Shown here in pieces: positions 1 through 13,279 of a stretch of DNA of 64,000 nt. The stretch comes from Eledone cirrhosa. Lineage: Eukaryota. The notes under the pieces are model-generated. The model had not been told where the DNA came from. It saw only the letters and a list, made by a program, of their open reading frames with translations, and did no database searches. The stretch lies in assembly GCA_964016885.1 (NCBI GenBank), contig OZ024740.1, positions 256,618,001-256,682,000 on the forward strand. Direction: 5' to 3'. The stretch's first letter is position 1; each line of letters begins with the position of its first letter. A program made the translations under genes and the position numbers.

Positions 1-111
1 TTAGCTCCTGCAAAACATATATAGAAGTAAGCATTCAGATTTAGTCATAAATATCTAATTAATTTTTGCATTAATCGGTTTTGTTCTGGCTGTCAGATGA
101 CTCCTCTTAGT

Positions 112-300
112 GGTCGGAATTCTGATTTAGGCACAAGGCCAATAGTTTGGGGTTAAGGGAAGTCGATTAAATTGATCCCAGTGCCTTACCAACCCCGTAT
201 ACGAGCTAACCTCGGCGGGATTTGATCTTTGAACGTAAAGGGCCTTAACTATTTGCCACAAAGCATGTTGTCCTACACTTTACCGATACTGCCAATCGGT
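112..300 (-). mobile_element. tRNA-derived SINE (Deu/Nin-domain-like), degenerate copy
   Basis: Matches the SINE family repeated through the window; minus strand carries the A-box-like TGGCAGTATCGG and the 3' tail GGCCTTGTGCCTAAATCAGAA. Confidence 0.75.
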
Positions 301-317
301 GGTAGAGGTCGGAAAAA

Positions 318-535
318 TAATAATGGTTTCTGATTTAGGTAGAAGGCCTACAACTTTGGGGAAGGGAAAAGTCGATTAAATCGACGCCAGTACATTATAG
401 GTACTTATTTTATTTTACTGACCCCGCAAGGATGAAAGGCAAATCTAACCTCGGCAGGATTTGAACTCAGAACTTAAGGGGACTTAACTATATGTCACAA
501 AGCATGTTGTCCGACGCTCTACCGATACCCAATCG
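318..535 (-). mobile_element. tRNA-derived SINE, copy adjacent to the previous one
   Basis: Minus strand has B box GAGTTCAAATCC, then GCCTTTCATCCTTGCGGGGTC...AAATAAGTACC central domain and an (ATT)n tail. Confidence 0.8.
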
Positions 536-1304
536 TGTGTATATGTTGTTTTTAAGTACTTTATATTTTGAACTAAGTTCACACACCCTTAACACTACTC
601 CACAGATGAAGAAATGCTGATGAAGGATATGTATGATAGAAGAATGGATACCCAATAGCATGTGATATGTTGTTGGGACTGTTGTATTCTCTGACTGGGA
701 AGAGAAAGATTACTTTCTAAGATTCAGTTATAGTAATATGGAGGATGTGTGATCACAAGGAGCGTTCCTTGGTGTTGTTCAAGTATAACATTTGAAACTC
801 ATAAGACTGGCGAGATTTGTAAACCGCCATGAACACTGTCCAATTATTCTGGGCTAAATAATGACAAGAAGAAATAGCAGAAGGCACTTTTTTATAGTTT
901 TCGAAGAAAAGGTTTATTTCGAAGCTTGATAGAATGATTTACTGTATTCGTTCTTGTTTTCTGCACAATGAGTTAAAATCTGGTCGAGGTCAACTTTACC
1001 TTTCAAGGTTGACAAAGGACATCTCTATCTCTCGTTCCTGCTTTCTCTCTCGCCTATTTTCTCTTTTCCTGGAAGAAATCGGTTGTATTCCGACCTGGTA
1101 TAACAAACATACATAAGTCTCGCTGTGAGTATTTTAAGCCACGATCCTGTCACAACTATCTTAGAAAGTTTGTGAGAACACCAGATACTATAGTATTTCA
1201 GAGTGCCATTCAAAGAGGCTAGGAAGCTAAAAATTCTCATATATAATAAATCTATTTATATGTATCATACAAAAACATATTGTATATGTTGCAATAAACA
1301 TGTC

Positions 1305-1431
<127 letters not shown>

Positions 1432-1439
1432 ATATGTCA

Positions 1440-1665
1440 CTATCTGTAAAACAACTTTTGTATTTTATCTATTGGGAGCTTACCAAAAAAAATTGGGTAG
1501 CCTTGAAATATATATAATAAAATAATAAATATGGTTTTATAAATATAGTTTCCATTTATTAATATTATTGATATTATACTCCAGAAGAAAACTGTAGAGT
1601 GCTTCTAATATGTTATAAACTAAATTTGTTGAATAACCAACAAATTAAATAACTCATTGGTTATA
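1440..1665 (+). mobile_element. pLTR-like AT-rich module (family A), older copy with decayed hammerhead core
   Basis: Homologous to 2040-2187(+), 1750-2007(-), 5280-5450 and 17325-17608; retains CCTTGAAATATATATA but the CTGATGA box is mutated. Confidence 0.6.
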
Positions 1666-1678
1666 TATACACACACAT

Positions 1679-1751
<73 letters not shown>

Positions 1752-1878
1752 AAGTTTTATTTAAATTGTTGGGTTACAACGAGTAAATATTTATAACTGA
1801 TATAAAAGCACTCAACAAGTATTTGGAGTATATTTACGATATTAAATAAATGGAAACTATATTTATAAAACCATATTT

Positions 1879-1942
1879 ATTTCATTATATATATTTCAGG
1901 GATATCATATTAAAAATATGGTATGCCTTCATCAGACAAAAT
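1879..1942 (-). ncRNA. type I hammerhead ribozyme motif (minus arm of palindrome)
   Basis: Mirror copy of 2080-2143. Confidence 0.65.
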
Positions 1943-2079
1943 ACAATATAAACAGTCTTATAAATAGATAGATTTGACATACCTTACAACTTCAACTTCC
2001 ATTTAAATCAACTTTTTAAATGGAAGTTGAAGTTGTAAGGTATGTCAAATCTATCTATTTATAAGACTGTTTATATTGT

Positions 2080-2143
2080 ATTTTGTCTGATGAAGGCATA
2101 CCATATTTTTAATATGATATCCCTGAAATATATATAATGAAAT
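2080..2143 (+). ncRNA. type I minimal hammerhead ribozyme motif, AUA cleavage triplet
   Basis: ATTTTGT-CTGATGA-AGG...CCT-GAAA-T-ATAT-A-TA-ATGAAAT; 7-bp stem I with wobbles, palindromic L3 (ATAT), AATAAA immediately downstream. Confidence 0.65.
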
Positions 2144-2185
2144 AAATATGGTTTTATAAATATAGTTTCCATTTATTTAATATCG

Positions 2186-2277
<92 letters not shown>

Positions 2278-2516
2278 CGTGTGTTCACTCTGCTGGAAAA
2301 ATTATGTTGCGACATCATTAGTGCTAAGCTGTATTGGCCTTTGCCTGTCCCTTGGACAACATCGATGTCAAGCGAGGGCTGGTATGCATGGCTGACTGCT
2401 AATCTTCTACAAACAACTTTGCTCGAACTTGTGCCTCGGAGGAGAACGTTCTTGTTGCAATTTCCATGGTTACTCCTGACCGAAGGGAGACTTTACTCAT
2501 TTATGTATATATTTGT

Positions 2517-2583
<67 letters not shown>

Positions 2584-3889
2584 CATTATATACTTGTCTA
2601 GCAGTAAATTATTTTACCATCTGTCATATACTATCCCCTCTGTTCCTTCCTCTTTTACTAATATAAATACTTCAATTTTTCTGATTTTATCCAGTTTATC
2701 CAAAATCTCTGAAGAAGTGACAACTGATTATACATTTGCTATCGAATACTTGCTAACATTATATGATTACGCAAGCAGCGATACATAGGTATTCGGTCTG
2801 TTACAGAAACATATGTCAACACCTAATAAATTCCTTTTTTAACAAAAGCACTTTCATTTTATATTCATCCTTTCTATATATATATATATATATATATAAG
2901 GAGTTTAACAATTTTAAACTAGTAAGACCATTATTCGGCATGGTACTCGATACTTTGAATAATAGAATGCAGATATAGTAGAGAGTTGGGTTCTCGACAG
3001 CAAATTCCAAACTCCGTAATATATATTTCTATATACTTTTAGCTTGCTGAGTAGAACATTCTATATAGGCGAATAATAAATATAATTCTTAGCCATAACG
3101 TAAAAGCACCTACCTAACATGACCTCCTCCTCTCCTCCTTCTACCATGTCTGGTTTAACCGACAGAGAGTGACGGTGGATGAAGTGTGAGGCAATAGAGA
3201 TGTGAGCTTTTATTGTCAGACATTGCTCACTGACTTGAGACAGACGTCACGAAATATTTGACCTTACTGTGTCAAAGGTCACCTATAATGACGCTGAAGT
3301 ATTTGTAGAACTCGTTGCTTCTAACTTTCCTTGACGCCGGCGTGTTTGAGGTGGTGGTGATATTGATAGTGGTGTATTAGTGATGATGGTGGTGGATGTG
3401 GTTTTGGTTGAAATCATGGTAGTTGTCTTGTTTGTGTAGTGGTTGTAGTAGTGTTATTGTTAGTATGTTGTTGATGACAGTGGTAGTGATAATGGTGATG
3501 GTCGTAGTAGTTGTGATGTTAGTAGCAGTGGTAATGTTAAGTTGGTGTTGTTCTTTAGCCCTTGGTCAGCTCTAAGCAAACCAACACTGCCCTAACCATC
3601 CCTTCCTATTCTAAACAATATATCCTGGTGTACATTTTTCAATGATCTACGCAAGGATTCTTTCCTTAGAAGTATCATAACTGTGATCTTTCAATTTTTT
3701 GAAGCCGGGGTTCTCCCTAGAATGACACCACAATATCTGAGCTAAACCCTCTATCGAGTAAGGTTATTCTATTTTCACATAATTTGGAAAATAATCAAAA
3801 ATTTGTAGTGATTAAACAATATAACTAAGTTTCTAATTAATATACTGGTGTTTTGAACATAAATACTCGAACATGGATGCAGTGTTTTA

Positions 3890-4165
3890 TTCTGAGCTAG
3901 GGACTAGGCAATGAGAGGAGTTTGTCTGAATGAGTATTGCACATGTTAGATATAACCCACATATTATTCCCCATTGGAGAAGACACCTGTCCGTTGCAAG
4001 GCTAAACTCCAGCTGCTGTTGGTACTCCAAATCATTTGGCTGGATCCCCAAGCGAAACCATCTGATCTCTTGGAAGTTATCCAGCCATCTTGACCAGAGT
4101 CTACCCATGGATCTCTTGCCAGGTCGTTTTGCCCGTTCAATCTTTCCAGCGATTTCCTTAGATAT
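3890..4165 (-). mobile_element. old LINE (RTE-like) 3' end remnant
   Basis: Translation GKIERAKRPGKRSMGRLWSRWLDN resembles the RTE C-terminal 'G.R..GRP..RW.D' motif. Confidence 0.45.
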
Positions 4166-4527
4166 TGAGGTGGTTGTGACAGTGGTGCTGATGGTGGTAG
4201 AGGTAGTGGTGGCAGATGTACTTGTGGTAGTTGTGGTCATGTGGGTGATCATAGTGGTGATGATGGCATTGGTGATGTTAGTGATAGTGGTGCTGTTGAC
4301 GATGGGGAGAGACGTCGTCATGAGTGTTAAACGGGTGTGTCAGGTAGATCGGGTTCCAATCGAGACACTGATACAATTGAACGTCCTGGCGCGACACTGA
4401 TCATCGTCCGCCATCTTGTCGGTTAGGACGGCGCCTCGTCTTCCTTTTTCTTCCACTCCCAAACAACAACAATAATAATAAACGACATCTCCTCCCTCTA
4501 CCATCCGATATATACATATATTCATAC

Positions 4528-4573
<46 letters not shown>

Positions 4574-4795
4574 ACGTATATATACATGCATTTATATACA
4601 CGTATATATGCATATATTTTACATACACATATATTCATGCATATATTCATACACATATATATATATATATATACACACACAATCGCGCGCACACACACGC
4701 ATGTATAAACACGCACATATATATATATATATACATATATTTATAAACACGTATATATGCATATATTTTATATACATATATATATATATATACAT

Positions 4796-4826
<31 letters not shown>

Positions 4827-5036
4827 CGTTCACTTAAAAATAATTTTTAAATAATTCAAATATGCACAGATATGTATATAATGTGAAATGAAATTGGAAG
4901 ACCCATATATATATGTGTGTGTATGTATGTATATATATATAAATGTGTGTGTTTCTATACATACATATATATATATATATGTGTATATATATAACACATA
5001 TATACACACACACACATTCACACACACACACACACG

Positions 5037-5086
<50 letters not shown>

Positions 5087-5244
5087 GCATTAAATTAAAA
5101 ATCAATTGTCACATATATATATATAAAATAAACACATCAAACAATTACAGGGGATAATTTGTAAAGAGTGTAAACACACATAGTTACGTAGTTAACATAC
5201 TAAAATTAACGAGAACCTCGAATATAGATACTTTGCAATAATGA

Positions 5245-5275
<31 letters not shown>

Positions 5276-5451
5276 ATTCAAAATATTAATATATGGATAA
5301 TAAAACATATATTTTGATTATGTGAATGTATCCATTTATTAATATTTTGAATAATATTAATAACTCCAGAAAACTTCACTGTTGAATGTTTTTAATCTAT
5401 TGTAAAACTATACTCATTGAATAATCAATGAACCTTGTTTAACATTTGGTT

Positions 5452-5566
<115 letters not shown>

Positions 5567-5569
5567 AGT

Positions 5570-5649
5570 TTGGCAGGTGAACAGTGAACTGTACTGATGA
5601 AGGGTGATACCCAGAAACATTAGTGTCTGCAGTTCTGTTCGCATGCCAA
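5570..5649 (+). ncRNA. type I hammerhead ribozyme motif, GUC site, long stem I
   Basis: GAACTGTA-CTGATGA-AGGGT GAT ACCCA-GAAAC ATTAGT GTC-TGCAGTTC; stem I extends through GAACA/TGTTC and TTGGCA/TGCCAA. Confidence 0.85.
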
Positions 5650-5949
5650 CACAAGAGCAAGAATGAAGGGTTCATTCTCCTGACATGGCTATAAAATTAA
5701 GGCTTGTTTGCAAAATTGCAAACGAATCGAAGGTTATTATTAATATTCGAAAAACTCAGATTACATTTGTTATATATATATGTATATATTTTTTAACCGT
5801 TGGTCAATCAATGATAAACATTGATTCCAAAATAAATTAACTATGGAGATATAAATGATACAGAAGCGAAAACCAACCAAACAGTGAGCGTGTTCTGTTA
5901 TGTAGATATATATATATATTCATATACATGTCCCGCAGAATGTGTTCCT

Positions 5950-6560
5950 GTGTTCTTAGATGAGAGATATCCACACTATTTTCTTTCTCTTCTCCACTTT
6001 TTGCCTGACTCCACTTTGAATACTGTTGTCCACCGAGGTCTCCCCACACGAAACAAAGTATCATAAAAAATTGAAGAACCTCAAAGGTCAATTACAAAAA
6101 AGATAGATGGCAAGTCAGGCCTGGACTATTGAGGTCGACTAGAAAACCTCAAAATTTAATCTCTCCAAGTTCACCGTGAGAGCCTCATCGTCTGCATGAT
6201 GTGGAAAGTATTCCATCAGTCCAAATGATATTGGCATCAGCTTTAAGGTACACACAAGGTTTGGGCCCCGTGCTATCCACCTACAACAAAAAGACCACTA
6301 GAATCTCATAACAATAAGGCACAATTATTTAACCCCAATTGGCCCCTCTCTCTTTAACTTTACACCAGAAACACATTAAAACGGAAACAGACCCCATAAA
6401 GTTCAAGAAGTCTTTGAAAATATTCCACCCGGATATTGTCTCCGTAAACAATAACTCTCTAATTGATTGGGCCATAGTGTCCAAATCCTGATTCGAAAGA
6501 CTTCGCCAGGTGGCCGAAACCTATCAAAGTTATCAAAGTTAAGCTAACGTTGAAAGCTAA
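5950..6560 (+). mobile_element. decayed CR1/L2-like LINE 3' fragment
   Basis: Broken frames resembling the LINE ORF2 C-terminus (LDY*GRLENLKI*SLQ..., LIVCMMWKV). Confidence 0.45.
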
Positions 6561-6698
6561 AATATGAAATCGAAAATGCAACTGGAGTCTTATTTATAAA
6601 AAATATATATATTTATTTGGTTCCTTTACCGGTTTCGCAGTTCTTCTGCTTTTCAAAAGTAGAGTTGAGATGGAGGGTCTGTGGTTTTCCTCACACAC

Positions 6699-6881
<183 letters not shown>

Positions 6882-7079
6882 CACATGTATATAGACTGTC
6901 TCTATCTCTATGTCTTACTCTGGTTTCTCGGTCAATACCACCCTTCCCAACGAATTCAACTTGTTTTCCTCACTATTCACTATACACGAGGATATAGTCT
7001 CACCGAGGCTATCTTATTATTGTTGCTGCTGTTGTATATATGTATATATACATATATACATATGTATATATATATATAA

Positions 7080-7355
7080 TAATAAGGGTTGACGGACCCA
7101 GCATATTTATCAATTCCAGTACCCGTTGTATCTCAGCGCACTCAATGGGCAATGTAAGATACATTACCAGAGTAGACACATAGTTATTTGCCTCAACACA
7201 ACACACGTAAATCGGGTGCCTATAAGGTTCCCGGACTCGAGTTTCTGCAGCGCTAATGCAGCAGTAAGGTGCACTGCACCATCTGTCTGCATATATTATG
7301 CAACAATGCACAATCGGCTTATGCTGCTTCATCAGCGAGTATCGCCTAATCAATA
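7080..7355 (-). mobile_element. ~275-bp hammerhead-bearing module (family B), solo pLTR or retrozyme-like
   Basis: Homologous over its length to 17000-17275; flanked by (TA)n. Confidence 0.7.
7230..7339 (-). ncRNA. type I hammerhead motif with extended stem II, GUC site
   Basis: Minus strand: CTCG-CTGATGA-AGCAGC...GCTGCA-GAAAC TCGA GTC-CGGG; palindromic L3 TCGA. Confidence 0.8.
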
Positions 7356-7882
7356 ATATATATATACATATATCAAAATATCACATCCCTATGCCTAGCA
7401 TATAAGAATTCGCAAGGTTGGCTATAGGTAAATCGGACTCCTTTGTCCGTAGAATGCGTTGGAAAGCCTTCCACTTCGATAGAGTAACACCAACAAACCA
7501 CCCCAGGGAGGGAACGCGCGGCATCGAGGGAAAATTCAAATCCAGAAGAAACCCACCGCACAATAAGTACCTGGAGGAATTCGAAAATGAAATGACTAAC
7601 ATAGTATCCAACCTTAATTTCAGGAAAAACCCACTCAGGTGAAAAAGCTACTTAAAACGACTGAACGGTGATCTAAGAAAACTAAAGAACTCGACCGGCA
7701 TTCTGGCGCACGCGGATAAAACGAACAACCTATACGATATGGATAGAGTAACCTATGACGACCTAATAATCAGAGAACTTAGAAAAAACTACAAGAAAAC
7801 TACACAGGCCAATAACGTCATGACTAAACTGGGTATTGAAAATAAAACTGAGCCCTTCCATCCTTAAATTCCAAGAATTTTA

Positions 7883-8741
7883 TTGAAAGACCACAAAATA
7901 AACTTTGAATCGTCAAGACCTGTCAGGCTAATAGCCCCTTCGAAATCGAACATAGGAATCGTGAGTAAAAACATCCTTGATAAAATAATCCCCACTCTAG
8001 TTAGGAGATCGAAGCTTAAATTATGGTCAGGAACTAGTGAGGTAATTAACTGGTTTGAGAAATCGCAGAATAAGAATAGCACTAAGTTTATACAGTTTGA
8101 TATCTCTAACTACTACTCTTCGATCTCTCCAACTCTTCTAGGTAAACCCCTTAACTTTGCTAACTTACACACCGACCTTACATCTGAAGAAATTAACATT
8201 ATTCTCCTAGCTAGGAAAACCTTAATCGAGTTCAACGGAGACTTGTGGACTAGGAGAGACTGGCCGGACAATTTTGACATCACCATGGGATCCTCGGACT
8301 CAGCCCAGGTGACGGATCTGGTGGGCCTCTACATCCTCGACTGTCCTTTAGTGGAAATGCTCCACTTGGGAGGTGGCGCTTACTGTGACGACGTTTTGTT
8401 TACTGTGTCGTATCATAATAATAGTATGGTAGAGAGGGCGAGGAAAAAACTAAGCAAATTCTTCAACAACATAGACTTAAGTTTAGTGTTTGAAGATAGT
8501 TAATTTTCTAGATCTTACACTTAACCTCAATTCAGGACTCTTCCAACCCTACCACAAACCCAACGAGAATTTAAATTATGTCAACGCAAAATCGAACCAC
8601 CCTAGAATAGTCACTAACGGTATTACTAAAAGCGTCTCTTGTAGAAATTCAGGACTATGTTCCAATGAAGATACATTCGATAGGATCTCAAATTACTATA
8701 ATAGCGCCCTGGAACGCGCGGGGCATAGCGAGGGAATCTAA
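7883..8741 (+). pseudogene. PLE reverse transcriptase core and thumb (frameshifted near 8495)
   Basis: ORFs 7883-8503 and 8490-8741. Confidence 0.85.
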
Positions 8742-9091
8742 TTCAAACGTCCATTAGGTAGTAGTAGCAACATTGTCTGCGATAGCTTAGGGCAAAATAG
8801 TGACACTTTAGTTAACAGCAGGCGAGAGGCGAAGGAGGATCAATATAGACTTCATGTTGTATTGCCTCCTAGTCCCAATGACGACTTTACCAATGAGAAC
8901 AACCACCGAGGTACAAACACGGTGTCCGAGCACTGTACAGTCAGCGGCAACTTTAATTGTAACCTTAATTGTAGAGCTGATAAAACAACCGTTGAACGTA
9001 AAATAGAACGGAGGTCGGGTAGAGGGAATAGGAATAAATGTAGTAGGCGTATAGTGTATATAACCCCGGCTATCGAGGGTAATTCCAATAA

Positions 9092-10072
9092 TTGCACGGG
9101 GGATACACCGCCCCGGATCTTGGGACGATTCTGCACACCACCTGGACACCCCGGGGCATCATCGACCCACAGGCAGTTATCAGTTCTAATAGATCAGTAA
9201 CAACCATGGAGACAGGTAACACTAGTATAGATAATAAGAACAAGAGGCATCGGACCAGAAAAATCCTGTTGTACAACCCCCCACACTCCACGGGCCTGAC
9301 CACTAGTATAGCTAAGCTTTTCTTTAGGGTCTTAGACAAATGCTTCCCTAAATCACACAAATACTATAAAATATTCAATAAGAATACCATCAAGCTGTCC
9401 AATTTCACAACCAGTAACATAGCTCAGAATATAGCTAAGATGAATTATAGTAGACTTAGGACAGCCCAGGACGGCATGAGGCATGGCGGAACTAATGGCA
9501 ATTCTATGCATGAACGGACTCATACGCGTGAGGTGAGTCGAGCCACCCAAACCCCTGGGAACTTACCCATAGAGCAGACAAGAACTGAGACCCGACACCA
9601 GAGGCACCGTGGTTCCTCAGGAACTACCCCGGTTGGTAGCAGAAAATGTAATTGCAGGAACACCGCTGCTTGCCCTTTGGCTGGGAAATGCCTCACCAAA
9701 AACATAGTCTACGACTGTAAGGTCTCCACTTTAGATAGAACTTTCAGGTATGTTGGGGCGACTGCCACTGAATTTAAGGATAGATGGTATAATCACCGCC
9801 ATACCTTTAATAGATTAGATAAAAAAAATAGCACGGCGCTTTCTGAATTAGTCTGGAAGCTTAAACAACAGAATATAGAGCACTCCTTATCCTGGTCCAT
9901 AGTTTGCTCAGCCCAGCCATATAATGGCAGCACGGGCGTTTGTAATTTATGGATAACTGAAACCTTTTATATAATTAGAGGCGGCCCTCTACTAATCAAT
10001 AGGAGAGCGGACTTTTTCAGCACCTGCCAGTATAGAACCTCGAAAACCTTCCTCGGGATTTTTAGAAAGTAA
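9092..10072 (+). pseudogene. PLE linker + GIY-YIG endonuclease portion
   Basis: RKILLYNPP, CNCRNTAACPLAGKCL, YVGATATEFKDRWYNH, STALSELVW, CNLWITE. Confidence 0.85.
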
Positions 10073-10094
10073 CCTACCACTAACTCCACCTTTT

Positions 10095-10500
10095 TTACCT
10101 TAACCATAGAGTTCTCTCAATTAGCAAAAAATAGACAATCACACACTCAGGTAGAAGACAACTAAGATCGGTTGCGCACTTAAACATGGTACTCGGTATG
10201 TTTCCACAGAGTTCTCACAGCTGAGTGCACATTTACCATTACTTTAGAATACCTAGTTAGTAAATAGTTAGAACAATTACACACTCGGTTAAGACCGATT
10301 ACCCGCACTCACCATTAGTTTAGAATACCCTAACCATAGAGTTCTCTCAGTTAGTAAATAGTTAGACGTATTACACACTCAGTTAAGAACGATTACGCTA
10401 TTTATACATAATTCTACACACAGTACCCTGTTTCTTTAGACACGGAGTTCCCACAGTTATGACTAGTCACGATCTTATCGATTGAATACTACACTAGATT
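10095..10500 (+). repeat. imperfect tandem subrepeats in the PLE 3' region
   Basis: Recurring TAACCATAGAGTTCTCTCA, TTAGTAAATAGTTAGA, TTACACACTC, TTTAGAATACC blocks. Confidence 0.7.
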
Positions 10501-11320
10501 TTTGGTCTGTGATCCTCTAACCATGGAGTGCTCGCAGTTGCTGAATGGACAATACTACATACACGCCATCAATCGACCCATGACACTTACACACATCCCA
10601 GGAGTTTTGTTATTTTATTTTATTTTATTTTATTTTTATTTTTGTGTTGGGTAACACACCTCCACCACCCAAACATTTATCTTAAAAGCCTGAGGGCACA
10701 TATGACGGGAAAACGCGCACACTGACACCTTAACTCAAATACCCAACCCTACATGGGGCTCCTTGGTGGCCTACATGGTGGGTGCTTGCACGCCAGACTC
10801 AGGGACTCAGATTCTCAACGGGACAACGTCACATACAGAGTTCGATACGAGCTGACTACTTGCTCTACACATGGATGTGTATATACCAAAACATACACTA
10901 TTTAGAAGATACGGATGTTACAATTCAATCGATACACGTATAGCAGAACGTTGACGCCATTTTTTCTAATTTACATCGTTAAAATTGAGATTTGACCAAT
11001 ATAACATTTGTTGTTTTGTAACCTAACTTTCGGTGCATACTATGTTGGTATATTTATTTTTTCTCTGACCTCGCGTCGGTGTGTGTGAGTGTGTTTGTAT
11101 TCACTCACACTAATTGTGACCGACCGAAATTCTACAGATTTGATGTTGAGATTAGATCTGTCCAGCGTCTTTTACAGCTATTAAGAGATAGAGACTTGAT
11201 AGATTTATGACCCTGACTGAAGACGATAGCAGTTGGCGTGTTTTGACTGCTGATTCTTCATATGGGGAACAAAAGTCTAGTGAGTGAACATCGTTAGTTT
11301 TTCCTCCCTCATATCATTAT

Positions 11321-11394
11321 TCACCTGATGAGATCAGTGATAATCGATCATGACCACACGATCGATCTATCTCTTATTGAAACATGTGTCGTGA
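11321..11394 (+). ncRNA. type I minimal hammerhead motif in the PLE pLTR
   Basis: TCAC-CTGATGA-G...GAAAC ATGT GTC-GTGA followed by ATTAAA; base of stem II is imperfect. Confidence 0.7.
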
Positions 11395-11822
11395 TTAAAA
11401 TGATTGGAAATTTATACCATGCCTTCGGATCTTTATTTTGATACAAACACTCCGCTTTATATCATCTAGCTTTTCCCATAAATAGAACAAAAGCGTAGAG
11501 AACTTAATATTGCTAACAAAAGTTTATTGGACCGTATGATACAATCAATAATACACCATGCGTTATGTCCTTGGGCAAGACACTTTATTTCACGTTGCTC
11601 CTTCTACCTGGAGTTGCGACCGATAGATAGTATTAGCAATTAGAAAGATCAATGTAAACATTGTTTCCTCGGTCCGATTTGACAAAAAAAGTCGATCGAC
11701 TGTAGATATATATATATACATCCTTTTCCTGCTATATCAAGCGTTAACCTAATATATACTTTACCGATTGTGTTGTTATTTGTTTACATTTTACACACAC
11801 ACACACACACAAACAAACCCAT

Positions 11823-11953
<131 letters not shown>

Positions 11954-12561
11954 TACTTCACACAGAAAAGACGCAATGTTCAGACAAATTATAGAGGTGA
12001 CAAACGAACTCTAACCAAAATTTAACAGAAAACATGAGTGGAAAAGCAACATCACAATTAGTAATTATGGACAAAATGAAATTATATAAAGACACACAAA
12101 AACCAAACTAATAAAACAAACCAGACACACACCGATAGACTAAATAACCAACTAGTCAAAGTAAATAAACACATCAATAATTAATAACACACACACACCC
12201 GGATGTAACAAATGCGCAAACCAAGCGCACAGCATACAACACAAGAAAAAGATGGTCTAGGATAGAACAACGCTGAAACACACAAAAAAGATCCTGTTAA
12301 TAAGGAGGTCACAGAATGTGTGATGAAAGAGCTTTGACAATATAAAAACAAGCGTCCTGTTATCGAACCAACCGGAAAGTTATAATAAATTGAAGTGAAT
12401 AGATACCTGTGTTTTTATTTGCAGCATGACCCTTCATCAACGCACTATGGCGAGATGTATTGTCTTTAATGCGTTCGAAACACCAGTAATACACAGAAGA
12501 CAGCCGAATGAGCAGGAATTGTACTTGTGTTTATATATATATATATATATATATATAAATA

Positions 12562-12597
<36 letters not shown>

Positions 12598-12608
12598 TAT
12601 ATGTATAC

Positions 12609-12639
<31 letters not shown>

Positions 12640-12674
12640 CACACACACACATATATAAATATATATATATATAT

Positions 12675-12960
12675 ATTGTTATACTTGGGGAGGGTCATAT
12701 TGTTACAATATTGCCAGAAATAATAACAGAACACACTCACTGTTTGGTTGGTTTTCGCTTCTGTATCTTTTATATCTCCATAGTTAATTTATTTGGCAAT
12801 CAATGTTTATCATTGATTGACCAACGGTTAAAAATACAGATATAAATATATATATATAGTTTATCAAAATTTTTTCGTTGCACATCTGCAACATCATCAG
12901 TGGTACTATTATGTTTCCTCCCATTGTATTGTACTGTAATGCCTACGCCTTTTTAATTTA
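12675..12960 (-). mobile_element. pLTR-like module (family C) 3' of the minus-strand PLE
   Basis: Homologous to 24075-24370(+) and 5790-5900(+); contains CTGATGA-TGTTGCAGATGTGCAAC-GAAA. Confidence 0.65.
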
Positions 12961-13279
12961 ATTTAATTTAAGTTAATTAATTAATTTATCTATTCTGGTC
13001 TCCGTCCCTGTGCATGCGTTTGCGTATGTGTATAACGATTGGTGTGCGTGTTAGCGTTTGAGTGTATGTCTACATTTTTGTATTCTATCTTTGTTTACTA
13101 GTGTGTGTTTATATGTGTTTGTTATTATTGTATTTGTGTATCTATATATTTATTTATTTATTTATTTATATTTCCTTTAAGTCAGTATTGTTTGGGTGTG
13201 GCTGTTGTTATTCCATTTATTTTTTCTGTTTAATTTTGGCCTTCTAAGTTCTCTCTCATATGCTTCTCTGATTTGCCTA

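Larger units (their letters stand above)
1835..2187. repeat. perfect inverted repeat, 173-bp arms, 7-nt loop (2008-2014)
   Basis: 1835-2007 is the reverse complement of 2015-2187 by eye. Confidence 0.95.
7380..11450 (+). mobile_element. Penelope-like element (RT + C-terminal GIY-YIG), decayed, with 3' hammerhead-bearing pLTR
   Basis: RT motifs (ADKTNNLY, PVRLIAPSKSNIG, FIQFDISNYYSSI, FDITMGSSD, YCDD, NFLDLTLNL), CxCx5C linker (CNCRNTAAC), GIY-YIG (IVY...YVG...FKDRWYNH); several frameshifts and stops. Confidence 0.9.

Noticed and set aside
3245-3285. GACGTCA and TGACCT...AGGTCA nuclear-receptor-like sites
   Set aside because: Short motifs expected by chance; no conservation data
3350-4400. 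Val-rich/Thr-rich ORFs resembling membrane or mucin proteins
   Set aside because: Degenerate (GGT/GAT/GTT)n trinucleotide low-complexity sequence
10095-10500. CRISPR-like repeat-spacer pattern
   Set aside because: Irregular degenerate subrepeats in a eukaryotic PLE UTR; no constant repeat and no cas genes
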